DNA of 63,968 nt, the filler included, from Choristocarpus tenellus KU-1152 (taxonomy: Eukaryota; Protista; Phaeophyceae), in assembly GCA_964200185.2 (NCBI GenBank). It is 10 parts of 10 records of this genome, joined end to end, with 100 filler letters (N's around TTAATTAATTAA, not from the genome) between each part and the next. Parts side by side here need not be neighbours in the genome. Positions count along the whole stretch, not along the records: positions 10,494 to 23,275 come from CAXNAD020001706.1; positions 23,376 to 31,185 come from CAXNAD020005561.1; 8 more parts are not named here. One strand, given 5' to 3'. Each line of letters starts with the position of its first letter. Position 1 is the stretch's first letter. Position numbers and translations under genes: made by a program. Below are positions 13,601-26,849 of the stretch, piece by piece. The notes beneath the pieces were generated by a model, which was not told the DNA's origin, did no database searches, and worked only from the letters and a program-made list of their open reading frames with translations.

Positions 13601-16600
13601 TGATGACATATTTGTGCCTGTGATTTGGTTTTCCATTTTCGGGCTATGGACGGGGCTGGCACCAAGCAGTGGTAGATACGACTTGAGAGAAGTTTTTCAG
13701 TTTCTGGGCTTGTTGGTAGCACCTTCAAGTGGGGGGTGTAGGGGAAAAGGCGAGGATGTGTTCCTGCTGTGGAGAGAGGCAAATTCATGAAAGTAGGTTG
13801 AAGTGGTTGTACCCCCCCCCACCCCTTTGCTGAGAACCACATTTAAGGCCAACAATGTATGACACCCAACCAAGAGGTTATGGGGGCCCAGAAGCTGCTT
13901 ACCATGAATACCTCACAGTCCTTCAAATCCAAAACATCAGTGCAGGTAGGGGAAATGCCTGTGTATTGACCACTTAGAAAACAAGTCTATATGAATGAAA
14001 TACAATGAGAAATCTTGCCAATGCCTTTTTTCAGATGTGTGTTGCTAGTGTAGGGGTGGTCACAACACAGGCATAGTTTCAATAAGGTGAGAGAGAAAAA
14101 AAAAGTGCAGGACAGGAATGTGGCTTTGTATTACTGAGGCTTACGTGGAGGGGTGATGATATAGTGCATGGGGATGATGAAATAGCCAAACATTGTGCCG
14201 GGATTGTAGTCTCATGAGAAGTTGAACATTGTTGCTTACTAAATTATGGGCTCTAGGTGGTAAGTATGATGGCAGGAGGTGTTTCAAAGACAGAACAAGC
14301 TGAAACTACTGTGCTCTTCTTTTTTCTTTGAGAGTCGACTAAGCTATCACCTTAGTGGCATCCCCTATTATGCCGCTCAGTTTTTATACATGTAGCATTT
14401 GATGTAAGGATGAGAAGAAAAATAGGACTTGAGTCTACTCTTGAGTACTCTAGTGTAAACAGAATTCGGATGTCTAGGGTACTTGGTAAGAAATCGGGAC
14501 GACATCGGGCTGGGTGCTATTGATGTGTTCATGGAATGAGAGAGGGGACCAGGGCCTGGGCTACCTTCACGAAACTGCTGACCTCCCCAAGAGGATCTGG
14601 ATGCTTCAACCCATTCTGTGTGGTTGTCCTTCCGTAGTCTTGGTTGTGTTGTGTGAACGAACAATCAACAGCATTCTATCAATAAGGTGTCCTAGGTTGG
14701 GGAGCATTTCAAGGGGACGCTGTTTTAAGTAGTACTTGCCTAAGAGGTTTACACATCTTGGCCATTTCACATCACGTGCTGAGTTTTTTTCCAACGCCTG
14801 TTTAATGCACCCTATTTTTTTGTGTTGGTACGCAATAGAAGCCCTGAAAAAAAGTATTAAAAAAAATTATCAAGGCAGAAGAGAGTCCAACGATTATATA
14901 AAAAACACAATGATTTATTTCAGACCTCTGGGAATCATTATGATACAACTGCACAGAGCTCTCGCTTTGTATGTCTCTTTTTTATTTTATGGGATAAGGG
15001 AGGATGGCTGAAGAGGGTATGGCTTAGGGTTGGGGTTTTAAGTTTCGTGGTAGCTTTTCTTTTTCAGGTGCAGAGGCCATGAGAAATTTTCTTACCTTCT
15101 TGAGTAGTGGGGTGCCAAAGCTCCAACATATTGGTCTATAGGGAGGAGAAGGACTCGAATTGGGTAGATGTGGTTTGTCTCAACAAATTAAATTACGGTT
15201 GGCAACGCGCTCATGGTGTCATTTCAAGGGGTGCATATTCATTTTGTATCCACAATTGCTTCCCTTCTAGTTATGTATTGACAGTCAAAGTAAACGAGGG
15301 GTACCCAGAGTGACTCAAAGCATGTAAGAGGGTAGCGCCGCGTCCGTTCGGGGTCTTAAAACCCAATGTTGTGATTTTGATTAGTTTTAGCTATCTTTTT
15401 TATTTGCAAGTGTCAATATCCTTGCTCCTCACACACCTATCATAGTTGTGTACATTATACTTTCTCTGAAATGTTTTGGAGTATGTACCTGTGTTCACAC
15501 AGAAAACCGAAAAAAGGGCATAAAAAACCAGTGGGAAGCAAAACCCCGAATGGACGATCAGAACTCCTACCGTCTGAAATGCTTTGGATCAGAGTCGCAC
15601 TTTAAGTATGTCAGGAAAAATGTTCAAAATTCAACTTTGAACAGAAGTGTGCATAGGACATTTTTTTTTATTGTTTCAAAATTTTTCAAACAATAGAGAA
15701 ATTTATCCTCTCTTGAGTCAAACTTCTCACTTTATCCATACAAATGTGGGTGAATTGCAATAGTTTGATTGTGGTGACAGGGTGTGGCTCAATGGATCTG
15801 GGGGGGGTGGCGTCTGTTCATTTGGGGCCCTTTTTTCATGTCACATTTTTTGTGTGACTTGGTTGCATGTGTTGGATGGATAACGTAAGTACACCTTTCC
15901 TGGTCAGGGCCCAAATGGACACCCTGCTGTAGACCCCCCGCCCCCCGCGCCCAGATACTTTGAGCCTGTGCGCCAAAGTAGTTAGTAGAACTTGAGTTGA
16001 AAATGGCATCCCTCCTAGGGATCTGTGACATATATTTTTTTGTTGTTGAGTCGGAAGGAAAGGACATACAAGAGAAGTTGGGAAACGTAGAACATGGAGG
16101 GTTTTCAGGGGTTTTTTTTCTCTGTGCAGTGACAAGTGTGCTACGTGATCTTGGCTTAAAATGAAAACGGCCAAAACTTGGTACCTCTCGTTTACCTCCA
16201 CTCAGACAAAAGTTCAACTGTCTTGGTTCTGGCTTGCAGGCAGTGTTTGTTTGCCTGTGCCTAACATGTCTGTACTCAATGGCATATCTTTCTCAGACAT
16301 TTTTTGTTGCTTTTTGCTCTCCGTTTGAGCAGCCCTTGCCCTGAGACTAGTGTATCCAACTAGCTCTGCGAGGCCAGCAAGTTGACATCCGGATGAATGG
16401 ATGATAGAGATCTTTTCCCAGAAAAAAAAAACTTTTTGAGCCAGATATCATGGCATTTTATTGACCTGAGTAGAAAACTGAGTGTCAGTCTGGTCCAGTG
16501 GCTGGTCCAGAGTGGCTGGCCAGTCCATGAATAAAACCGGATATCTGATGGACCCAGACTGACCATGTCTTAACGTAGGTCTGGACCCTCAGATTGAATT

Positions 16601-19600
16601 GTAGAAACTAGTTGATGTCCCTGGACAAGCCCTTTCAGAACCCATTAGTATAGGACCGACCCGCATTCGGACCATGCAATTGAAACTTGATTATGGTGCT
16701 GGACCGATTCTGTCCGAAAGGTTTTACAATTAGCTGATGCAGAAGAAACAATAGAAATTTGGTTACAGCCCTGTACCTGACCTTTGAGAAGTAATTCATG
16801 TTGAGACGACCTGTGGGCTTTACCATAACGGTTGGTTGGTGGCCCTGGATTGGCCGTTTTGGAAGAAATGGGAGCTGGGTTGACCCATAGATCGGGCTGT
16901 TTACAAATTATTTGGCCCAGTGAAAGACCATAAAAATATCGCCTTTCTAACTGTAGGTAATAGCAATACATGAAAGCAACTACAGTCAAACCATTCGCAT
17001 ATATTCAAGTCCTCAACTCAAATTATTTTCTAAAAGAAGTGATTTGCACTCTGCTATCTCAGGGGTTCGACAGAGATGATACATGTTTCCTCAACTTCTG
17101 ACTGAATGGGGATGTGCCAGGAGTGGCTAATGAATCTGTGGGAAAATGGGAAAAGGACATGTGATTGTAATACTGTTTTATAAGTTCATGATGTATTGTA
17201 GAATCAAATTCAGGAAGAAAAATATCCAGGAAGATTTTTTTCTTGTGGGAATATATGACTAAGTTGTCCATTTCTGTCAAGATTGCTACTTGTAAGTTCC
17301 TCCGGATGAGAACAGGCAGCTTACTCTTGAGAGGTATCAAAGCTCAGGAGAACTACATGACCATGGACAAATAGTAGCAATATTGGAAGAAGTGAAAGGC
17401 GCGTTTCGTCATGATACAGTGGATGAAATTGTCCAACGAATGAAAAACTTACTCGAAACTCCAGGGAAATCCCTCTTAGTTGACATGTGTGCTCAATTTT
17501 GGCACCTAATTCAACACCCAAATCGCCTTTGTTTCGAAATTCGTACTATTTATTTGTTTTGTTTTTCCACTTGTCGCGATTTTTCTGTCTTGTTTTCACC
17601 CTTTTTAAGTCACCTCAACTGAGATGTACCAGAGTATGATAAAATGTTGACAATATTGATAATGATGATGATCATATGATTCTTGATTGCAGGGATTAAG
17701 GGGATATTGTACAAGGTCTACTCCTCCTCTTGAATTGATGCGAAATAGCTCCGCATGGTAGTAGTGTGTATACTTGCTTCTGTTGGTACCATATTTACAG
17801 TTGAGACATTGAAGTAGTATTGATTTTTGTTTTTCCTAACTCTTTTGACCCCTCCACAGGACGCGTGTGTCCGAGCTGGGTGTGATCCAGACCTTGACTG
17901 CGGCAGCCTGAAGGGCCTTACTCTCATAAACATAGTGCATGTGAGGGTGGAGGCACTCCTGCTACTGGGGCAAGGTCAGGGGCAGGGACAGATGTCCTAT
18001 GAGGGTTTGCGGGCTGAGGTGGAGTTGGTGATTGCATTTTGGCTTGATGTGGAGGTGGACGAGGTGAAGGTAAGCAAGGTTATACATTAAAGTATATGTG
18101 CAAGAGAGTAGAGGAACAAAGGAATGTGCAAGAAAAAAATATGATTTCCGTAAATGGGATGGCCTAAAGGTCCCATTCAGGGATATCTATGCCCTGCAGT
18201 ATCCACTATACATACCAAATGTTGACTATATACTTCTATGTGTTAGGGACGGGCTTAATTTGCTATTTTGGGAAGGAAAAGCATATATGGAAGAGGGATC
18301 GGAGGACTAACCCTCCCTTGTAGACGTGAAAGATATGGGGTACTTGGAGTATAAGGGGGAGGTGGGTAAGTTCCCGTCTTTTCTATCAGTCGCCGGTCTG
18401 TCCATCACGCTCATGTATATTTGAGTTCAGTTTTCTAGGCCTGCCATTGTGTGAACAAACCCCTGTGCGCTGGTATGGTTCTTTCTTGTACTGCGGTAAA
18501 CCCAATAGTGCAGAGAGAGCACACTCTTCTCAATGCCGCAGTCAGAAGTAACATATAGACGAATGAAGGAGTAGAACTATACACAGAAAAGATAAGCGTA
18601 AAGTAATCCTGGATATTGTAGGAAATTACTCAACCATCAATGCAAGTGTACCTGTCTGTTCCAGGAGACACCAGTGCAAGTTGAAATATCTAATCTACAA
18701 TATATGTGCTCTTCTCTCAGCTCAAGTTGAGCTGATGCTTACAAGCTCTTCAGGCATTGGTTCATGTTCGTGTCTCTTCTTCAAGAGCATAGACTCAAAG
18801 CATCTAAGAGGGTAGGGGTTTTGCCATGTTTGTCCATTCAGGTCTTGACTTCCCACAGGTTTTCTGCTTGAATACGGTGACCTAAAATGTATACGACTAT
18901 TAAAGGTGTGTCCGGTGCAAGGATATTGACACTTGCTAACAAACACAATAGCCAAAATTCATCAAAATCGCAACATTGGATTTATGATCCTGGGCGGACA
19001 CAGTTCTATCGTATTAAATTATTTCACTCACAACTTGATGCTTATCTTCACTTCAGAGGTTCCAGTCACTTTTTTAGGCTCGTTTTCCAAATCGGTAAGC
19101 TAAGGAACAAATGGTTGCATGCAACCTAATTGTCCACACCCTAGCACAAAACAAAAGACCAAACAGGTTTTTGAACTCCTTTCATAATGTCCTCGTACCA
19201 TGGCTATACCTAATTTTCGGTGAATATCAATCTCCATCTGTTCAAACCCCCTCCAAGAAGTGTTAAAAAAAATTCTACTCCGTTATGACAATAAGAACAA
19301 AAAAGGATTTGGAGTGTGAGGAACATGTATGAACAAAAACACTTTGCTGTCGTCAATGAGAATATCTGTATGTATCAATTCCACAAATGAAAAAGTCTAT
19401 GTATCAAGTTCAGTCGATATTAAGTTTCACTGCTATGTATTTTCCGCTGCCAATTTAACCATTATTTACGTCTTGATTGCTCTTCCTAATGACCATATTG
19501 GCATCGGTCCTTTTCTGTTGCCTCTGTTGCTATAAACTAATGCTTAGTGAACCTCGAAATAGGAATAGGCACTGGAATAGTCATCAAGAGACAGGGCAGG

Positions 19601-22600
19601 AATTACATAGTTGTTGGATAGGGGACAGATGTGATAAACATCCAAAAAAAAAATTCATTCTACGTTTTTCCTCTATATCATGAGATCTCTTCCCCCCATT
19701 CATTTGGGAAATACCCCCCAAGTCCTTGTTGAAATAACATCAGTTTGGCCATGATTATATCACACCTCTTGAGAAATTGTAAAGATCGAGAGGATAGTGG
19801 AGGTTGAACTTGGAGAGCATTCTGATGGGTAAACTTGTCATACCATATTTTTCATTGGTGCAATTGTTTCTATTCACACCGTAGTCCCCCTATATTTCAA
19901 CCTTGTTTCCATTTCCCCTCTGTTGCACCCGTACCTCTCAGTTCGCTATTCATATATTCACTGTTAGGTCTTTTCCAAAAACCACCTCAAGAAACATGTG
20001 CCTAAACCCATAGTCCACGTAGAAGACCAAATCCTTTTCTGAAAGCACCTAATATTTCTACAGCATCTGTAAAGCCCTCACCCTGCACTTATGTGGAACC
20101 TGACAGCCAACGGAAAAATGCAGTAGTCGAGTTCCCTTGGATTTCTTCATTTTTGGACTGCATGGAGGGTGTATCTTGAGGTCACATGTAGAATACTATC
20201 CATGATGTATACCTTGGGGTCACAAGGAAATAGAAAGACAGAATATTATATCTCAAGTACGATTATACAGTCTCAGTTAAATGCCCACCTACCTTAAGTA
20301 TTCACTGACGCTTTTAGCCCAAGAATGTATATGAATGTAGGGAATATTTCTGAATGTGGATGGTAAGACGGAGTATGCTCACCTCTGCATTGTAGCTTAA
20401 CCCACTCTTCACCATCTCTATTCTATGGAGAAAGGGATACATACATACATTTAAATATTCAGTATGAAGAGGAAAATGCATCCACATTTGATATTTGGTG
20501 TAAAACAAATGTAGTTCACAGGGGTTTTTTTTCTTTTAATAATGTGCTATTAATGGTATATATATTCTCCACAGTGTAAAGCCATCTATATTGAAGTCTA
20601 TGTACTCTCAAGGTATGCACAATGTTTAAATAATATGTGGCATTATACGTCAAATCTCCACCCACGCCCTTCTCATGGTGTGCACATACACATGCGTTGA
20701 GAACACAAGAACCCCTTGGAGAAACTAATGTGACATCCAACCCTACAACCACAAAATTGCCCTTGCTTTTTTTGCTGTTGCAGCTTGTGGCAGTGAATGG
20801 AATAGCTAGCTCTGTCTTCACTACCACCTCTCAGGGGCAGCTAGAGGTAGGAGGGATTGGGGATAAGAAAGAGGCAAATGAGGAGGAGGAGGAGGTGGCT
20901 ACCAGTGGCTACAAAGCACTAGTGAACATTGCTCCTGAGGTAGGTGAAACGTCCTCTATGGTGGGTGGTTGGGATTGCTGGGTCCAACTCTAGATACTCA
21001 AGGCACACACAGAGTTAATGCGACTGGGTATACCAAGTTGGCGTCTGTTGAGACCACTGGCCAGGGTAGTCCGGGCTGATTTGTGAGATTGCTGTTACTT
21101 AAAAAGTGTCTTGAGGGGTGAGACTCTTCTGTGGCTGTAAAATTTGGACTTGTCCCCTTGAAAGATTAGGTAGTAGTAGCTGAGGAGATTGAAGTGAGTG
21201 AGGTTTTGAGATGATTTTTTTGCGACGATAATCTTCATCCAATTGTAGTCAACTTGTTGAGGTGAGAATTTTTTTCACCAATCTTTCATGGACAGAATTG
21301 GTATTTGTGGGGTTTTGTTCTTATGTCTGCTCTTGACGTCTCTCACTGAATCTATTGCCTTGGTTCAACACGAGTCAATATTAATTCTTGGTCTAGACTG
21401 TAGAGAACATCTAATGTTAGGATCTCATCACTTGGACTTACTCAAGGTAATGGCGTTTTCTCACACTCACCTGGTTGATCCATTTGTACAAGTATGATAC
21501 ATCTGTATTGCTTTTGTTCATATTTCCAAGTATTTATAGATAGATCTTTTCTGCTGCAGAAGTTGTCAGGATTGTTTTTCAACAAGAATAATAAGGATTG
21601 GACGGTTAGCAAGAGGTAGGAGAATGATGTCCCCTGCATGTGACTATCTCTATCTTTCTTGCCCAACATGTTCAAACTGCCATGAAGAGCTGCCGTTGAC
21701 ACTTTGGGAGGTGGGCAGTCAACCTACCCGCTTATTTGGTAGTGAATTCTACAGCATTCTCCTTTTTCTTGTGCGTTTCTCGATCAATATGATATATGTA
21801 GAACAGCTCGATTATAGCAGGTAAGGTATATGCACAGTTTGTTTCCACGTTTTCAAATGGTTAATATGCATTGAGGACTACTATTATATGGAGTTATGTC
21901 ATTTTTGCTGAAGCATCATGTTTGGAGCATTTTGAAGTATGAAGAAGGGCTGAATTAGAAGGGGCCACGTGGCCCAAAGGATATAGCGTTGCCTTCTTAA
22001 GGCAAAGATTGTGGGTTGAAGTCCCACCGTGGTTGAGTGTTCCTGACACTATCGATATTTTCCCTTCCATGAAACTCGGGATAGTGACGGCTTGTATTGG
22101 CCTGCTTAACCCCATGGGAGAAGTGGGGCAGACTGCTAGCAATAACTGCACCGCCACATCAATATATAAGAGTAAGGCAAGGGCTTTTTCCTCATCCATA
22201 AAAAAAGGGTTGCACCCAAAATGAGTCAAAGTAAACGAGAGATATCCAGGTTTTGGACGTTTTGCATTTCAAGCCAATTTTTCAATTTCTTACGATTCAA
22301 CCATATTCCTATGGATGGAGTGCCAAGTTTGGCTTTAGAGCATTGGTTTCTTTATTGTTTGAAAAATTCGACACAATTTGGAAAATATCGTATACACATT
22401 GGTAAAAAGAGTCGAATTTGCACAAAATTGTCATTATCCGTAAAATGCAATTCTAGGTACCTCTCATTTACTTTGACTCGATATTATTTTGTTTGTGTGT
22501 GTCGCAACTCTGAAGCTAAGCGCATAGCAGAGCTCTCAGTGATTGCAGGATGCATACAGTGTAGGGCAAGTTTTGAACTGAAGTTGTATGCTCTCTCTCC

Positions 22601-23198
22601 ATACGTCAAAACATCCGATACAAACATGGTCCGGTTAAGAGCTCGAAGTTACAAGTGCTGCACCAACCTTTGCAAGCATCAGCAACGTGGTACAAAGGCC
22701 CTTTTTTTCTTGACAAAAAAGTAGACACAATAACATACCTTTCAAAACTTGGCTCAAAAAGTTCCCAAGTGGTGCAAACGGCAATACATTTTACCTTTTT
22801 TTCAGTTTTGGTGGAATTAAAGAGTGCTTTTTTTGGTCAATTAGAACAGTCGTAATTGTGGAAGGGATTGTACCATGCGCTCTTTTGATGGTATTCTGGC
22901 ACTATTCTCTCTTACATAGGTCACAATTGATCCTATCCAGCAGTTTCTGCGCCTGGAGGTCCATGTTCAGCCAGCACACATATCTGAAGCAGATCTCCAG
23001 ACCTTGAAGGTCTTTGCGGTTTCATCAGAAGGAACACGGACCCTGAATGAGACCCTTGCAGACTTAGCAGGAGACCAAGGAGAGGGGCATAATGAACTGT
23101 TTGAAAGTTCTTCTGGAGTTGCGGGTGTGTGGGAAGGGTTGCTTGCAGGGTCTTTGGTGATGTCCGTTGACGCGTCTGTGGAGGACATACAGTCTGTG
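10670..23198 (+). CDS. Uncharacterised, probably extracellular/surface protein; five internal exons, partial
   Basis: Exons 10670-10773, 13201-13599, 17860-18069, 20784-20939 and 22941-23198 have pyrimidine-rich CAG acceptors and GT donors, and all internal junctions are phase 0. The splice gives LPAGCYQIK-VTAGSNPNALIW, a Ser/Thr stretch and a Cys-rich segment. Confidence 0.75.
12381..12618. mobile_element. MITE family A copy (~240-280 bp; TIR GAGTCAAAGTATCTTAGAGGGTA)
   Basis: Left end gagtcaaagtatcttagagggta, right end taccctctaagaaactttcactc, flanks aaa/aaa. Body similar to 15312-15590, 18792-19029 and 42280-42538. Confidence 0.85.
15282..16203. mobile_element. Nested MITE stack: a family B copy interrupted by family A (15312-15590) and family C (15786-15966)
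   Basis: B ends are cagtcaaagtaaacgaggggtacc and ggtacctctcgtttacctccactc. The internal A and C copies each have their own TIR pair; C is flanked by tgt/tgt. Confidence 0.8.
16340..16930. repeat. Degenerate repeat rich in GGTCC/GGACC/CTGG motifs, similar in character to 650-780 and 45610-46245; possibly DNA-transposon subterminal sequence
   Basis: Clustered ctggtccag/ggaccg/ggaccc motifs in both orientations. No clear termini identified. Confidence 0.35.
18792..19029. mobile_element. MITE family A copy (diverged)
   Basis: Begins gactcaaagcatctaagagggtag. The body aligns by eye with 42280-42538 (caaggatattgacact, caaaatcgcaacattggattt). Confidence 0.8.
21963..22035 (+). tRNA. tRNA pseudogene or SINE head; tRNA-Arg(CCT)-like body now reading anticodon CTT
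   Basis: 73-nt cloverleaf: acceptor GGCCACG/CGTGGTT, anticodon stem TTGCC/GGCAA with loop TTCTTAA, T stem GTGGG/CCCAC. The T loop is TTGAAGT instead of TTCGAGT, the D stem is mismatched, and no T-run terminator follows. Confidence 0.8.
22223..22479. mobile_element. MITE family B copy (~255 bp; TIR GAGTCAAAGTAAACGAGAGGTACC)
   Basis: gagtcaaagtaaacgagagatatcc ... ggtacctctcatttactttgactc. Body similar to 25838-26094, 26106-26358 and 36866-37287. Confidence 0.88.
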
Positions 23199-23419
23199 GT
23201 AAAAGGTGGGAGGGGCAGGTTTGGGGGGGGGAGAGGCAGGGGGGTTGGAGGTGGGGGGTCAATCCTGAAAAGAAANNNNNNNNNNNNNNNNNNNNNNNNN
23301 NNNNNNNNNNNNNNNNNNNTTAATTAATTAANNNNNNNNNNNNNNNNNNNNNNNNNNNNNNNNNNNNNNNNNNNNGGATGCAGCACTCCATAACAACGGA
23401 AATATTTCCTTTTTATATC

Positions 23420-24180
23420 AGAAATTCCCCACAATTCTTGAATCGCTAGTAAAAGGTTCTGATAACTCAACCACTAATTGGTTGTTCCTTTACTCCATAC
23501 ATATTTTACCGTAACTGTCCGATAGAGTTGGAAGAGTCTAATCGAACATCACACGTGGTACCCCTTAGTGTTATGTGGTTAGTATGCAACATGATTTTGA
23601 GTCTGTACCCCGTCTGATTGCATAAGCACTACAATACATCAGGTGGTCATGAAATAGTCATATGCTGCGCAATTAACTACTGACAACCTGTTCCTCGATA
23701 ATGCATAGTAGTAGAGCTGCTTATACATTCAATTCCTGAACTAGATCAGTAAAATGAACAAGAGAAACTTTGGAAACGTACAGTAGCTGCTCACATGCTC
23801 TCAATGCTTGGTTGGAATCAACATTGGTTCAATTACTAAACCCAATCACACAAAGATTTGCATTAGGAAAAATATTGTGACTGGTCGCATGACATCAATT
23901 TCTGACCAGGCACACCAAAAATCGTTTGTCCTTCAAATACTGACACTAGAGAAAAGTAGCATCAAACTTTCCCTAAATCAAGTTTTTTCAAGGATAGTAC
24001 GTCCAATTACTCACCAATGTCTCAACTCCTTAGATCAGTGCGTTTGTTACAGAGAAGTAATTTCGTTGAATCCAGCAGAACTCCAGGAGATGTACTCTAG
24101 GTGAAACAGAAATTCCAATAGAGCCCGGTACCAAGCCTGTTGCAAAAAAACCCCTACGGAGCAAACCCTTGTATTCAAGA
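23420..24180 (-). pseudogene. Possible highly decayed hAT-type transposase
   Basis: Minus-strand translation with stops, ALLEFLFHLEYISWSSAGFNE...VIGRTILEK...VSI*RTNDFW, resembles the hAT region ending in the S.T.D.W catalytic motif. Weak. Confidence 0.3.
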
Positions 24181-24339
24181 AGTGATTGGCTCGTATATCA
24201 CTACAGGTTAATCTTATTATCGTTTCCCCTGCCATGCATGCACCACCACCACCACCACCACCACCACCACCACAGACAACCCTACCCCTCCACATGTAAA
24301 CTCTATATTTAATTTTCTCCCGTACCATGTTTATGATTT

Positions 24340-24521
24340 GGCTCAAAGTATCTCTGTGTGCGTGGGGGGGGGTCTACACCAGGGTGTCCATTTGGGCCCT
24401 GGCCAGGAAAAGTCCACTTACATTATCCATCCGACACATGCAACCAAATCACCCAAAATTGTTACATGGAAAAATGGTCTCCAAATGGACAACTGCCCCC
24501 CCCCCCCAGATACTTTGAGCC
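24340..24521. mobile_element. MITE family C copy (~180 bp; TIR GGCTCAAAGTATCT plus G-run)
   Basis: ggctcaaagtatct ... agatactttgagcc with flanks ttt/ttt. The body is the reverse complement of 15786-15966 and 37038-37215. A terminal remnant lies at 31286-31311. Confidence 0.88.
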
Positions 24522-25837
24522 TTTTTTCGCCGGGCGATTGTCAAGTCAAGTCCTTGGCAGTAGTGTTTGTGCTACAGAGGGTGCTAAAAGGGATTACATT
24601 AACTCGAGAAACAAGGAAGTCAGTTAGTAGAAAGAAAAGGACAACGATACCAAAAAATTGGCAACCCAAACCTTTTTGGAGGGGTTGGTTGGTATGGTTA
24701 GGGTGTACATTATGCTCCAGTGTAATAGGTCCACGTGATTTGTTCGATGCACTTCAAAGAACAGTTGGTTGAACTCGAAAGAGCAACTTGCCTCCTGCGG
24801 CAAGTAGATGCCCCGGCTCGCCACCTGATGGTTTCTTTTCGACTCATCCAAGCAATGCATTTGGGGTCAGATGAGGGGGCACTCCAGTTGTGCCCCCCTC
24901 CCCCTGTTGTGATCCTACTCGAAGCAGTTTCTGACTTGAAGTTTCCAGGTGTCATATTTACATTCTGTTATATCTGAACAGTGTCACCTGTCAAGCGTCT
25001 AATAGCAGAGCCAAAAACATTGGAATAATTACCTTCTATAATTGTACAGTATATATTGTCCATACTCGAAGCACTTGGTATAAGATGGTAAGGGTTAGAA
25101 GTTGCTGTTGCAAAGTGACCAAGGCATATATCCACATGTCACCGTGGTCATGCTTGTGAGGGTTTTTCAGTGCTTGGAGAGCTTGTGCAAATAATAAAAT
25201 TCCTTGAAATGGAGACAACACCCCGATCCCTCCATGTGCAAATAGTCTCATAAAAAAAAATCCTTTTCCTCACCTGCATCATTGTACTGTTACATGAAAA
25301 CAACAGAACAACAAACTATCATGAGGGAAGTAAATACGGAAAAGGAGTCGGTGGTATGGTGTGACCTTGAAAAAGGCAGACCATAGTATTATGGATGAAG
25401 CTTACATTACTAATGGGATAAGTGTATCAGCGATATGCTAATAGTAGTCATTTATACCATTATTCCGTCGATCGTCCTTTATGTTGTCAGGGAACACTTA
25501 CATTTCTTGTCAAAATCAGAACGCAGTCAATAAATCAGTGGTAACTGCTTCCATGACCATAATATACACCAAGGCATTACGCGTGTGAACTGAAAGGTGC
25601 GCAATATGGCCGTAAACCAGATACATGGCAAGAGTGTTAATTTCTCAGGATTTGTCAGCAACAACAGTAGTAGGCACAGGTGAACAATGTGCACATTATT
25701 ACCAGGGATACGGCAAAAGCATAGGATACAAGCAAGATGGATATCAAATGAGGACTTGACTTCCACTCCCAGCAATGGTTGATGACAAACACACCATGCA
25801 CAGGAGTGGATTTTGCAATACGTTAATATTACAGAGT

Positions 25838-26358
25838 GAGTCAAAGTAAACGAGAGATATCTAAATTTTGGTCATTTTGCATTTTCAGACACTCTTTTCA
25901 ACCTTTTCGATTCAATCTATTTCTATGGAGGAAGCGCTAAGAATGATTTGAGAGAGTGGATTTCTCTATTGCTTGAGAAAATTCGGCACCATTCAGAAAA
26001 TATCCCATACTTCTTAGCAAAAATAGACGAATTTTGCACATATTTGTCAGCATCCTTAAAATGCAAGTCTGGTGCCTCTCCTTTACTCTGAATCAAATTA
26101 CCAAAGAGTCAAAGTAAACCAGAGGTACCCAATTTATGGTCGTTTTGCATTATAAGCCAGTTTTTCATTCTTTTGAAATCCGCTCATATTTCTATGGATT
26201 AAGTGCTAAGTTCGACTTGATAGGGTTGATTTTTCTGTTGCCTGAAACTTTTAGACACGATTCGGAAATTTTTCTATGCGCATATATAAGCGGAAATTTG
26301 CACATTTTTGTAGGCATCCCTGAAATGGAACTCTGGGTACCTCTTGTTTACCTTTACT
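25838..26358. mobile_element. Two adjacent MITE family B copies (25838-26094 and 26106-26358)
   Basis: Each starts gagtcaaagtaaac and ends in the complementary cctct..tttac motif. They are 11 bp apart in the same orientation. Confidence 0.85.
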
Positions 26359-26849
26359 AAAAAAAAAATGCAACACTGTTGTACAGTATTCTACAAATGA
26401 GCACTGAACCATTCAGAAATTTGGGGTGGTCACACCAAGTCATCTCATTTTCCTTTCTATCAAACTAGCAAACCCCACCAAGAAAAGTGAAGTGCTGGAA
26501 GGGTATCACTCACTGACTAGATAGTAACGAATCCGTTTAGGATAGGCCACCTGAATTTACCCATAAAGAATTGGTACAATTTCGCTGTGCTAACCAATAT
26601 CACGTAAGTACTCAAACACTATTCTTGACGTATTGAATATAAAAAATATCTACCAACATAAACAAACACTCTAAGGTGAGTGAAGGATATGGTAAGAAAT
26701 GAGCTCAAATACCTCTCTAATATCACTTCTTCGCATTCACAGCAGTCCCTAAATTGATGCCCTCTACATACAACCACAAACCTGCCCCTAGCGAAAGGGT
26801 CTGTTCAGCATATGAACACAAAATACCCTGCTATGAACATATCATGTTT

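Noticed and set aside
17050-17480. Coding-like intronic stretch (GELHDHGQI...) as a MULE remnant
   Set aside because: A single H-x-H motif with no catalytic motifs or termini.
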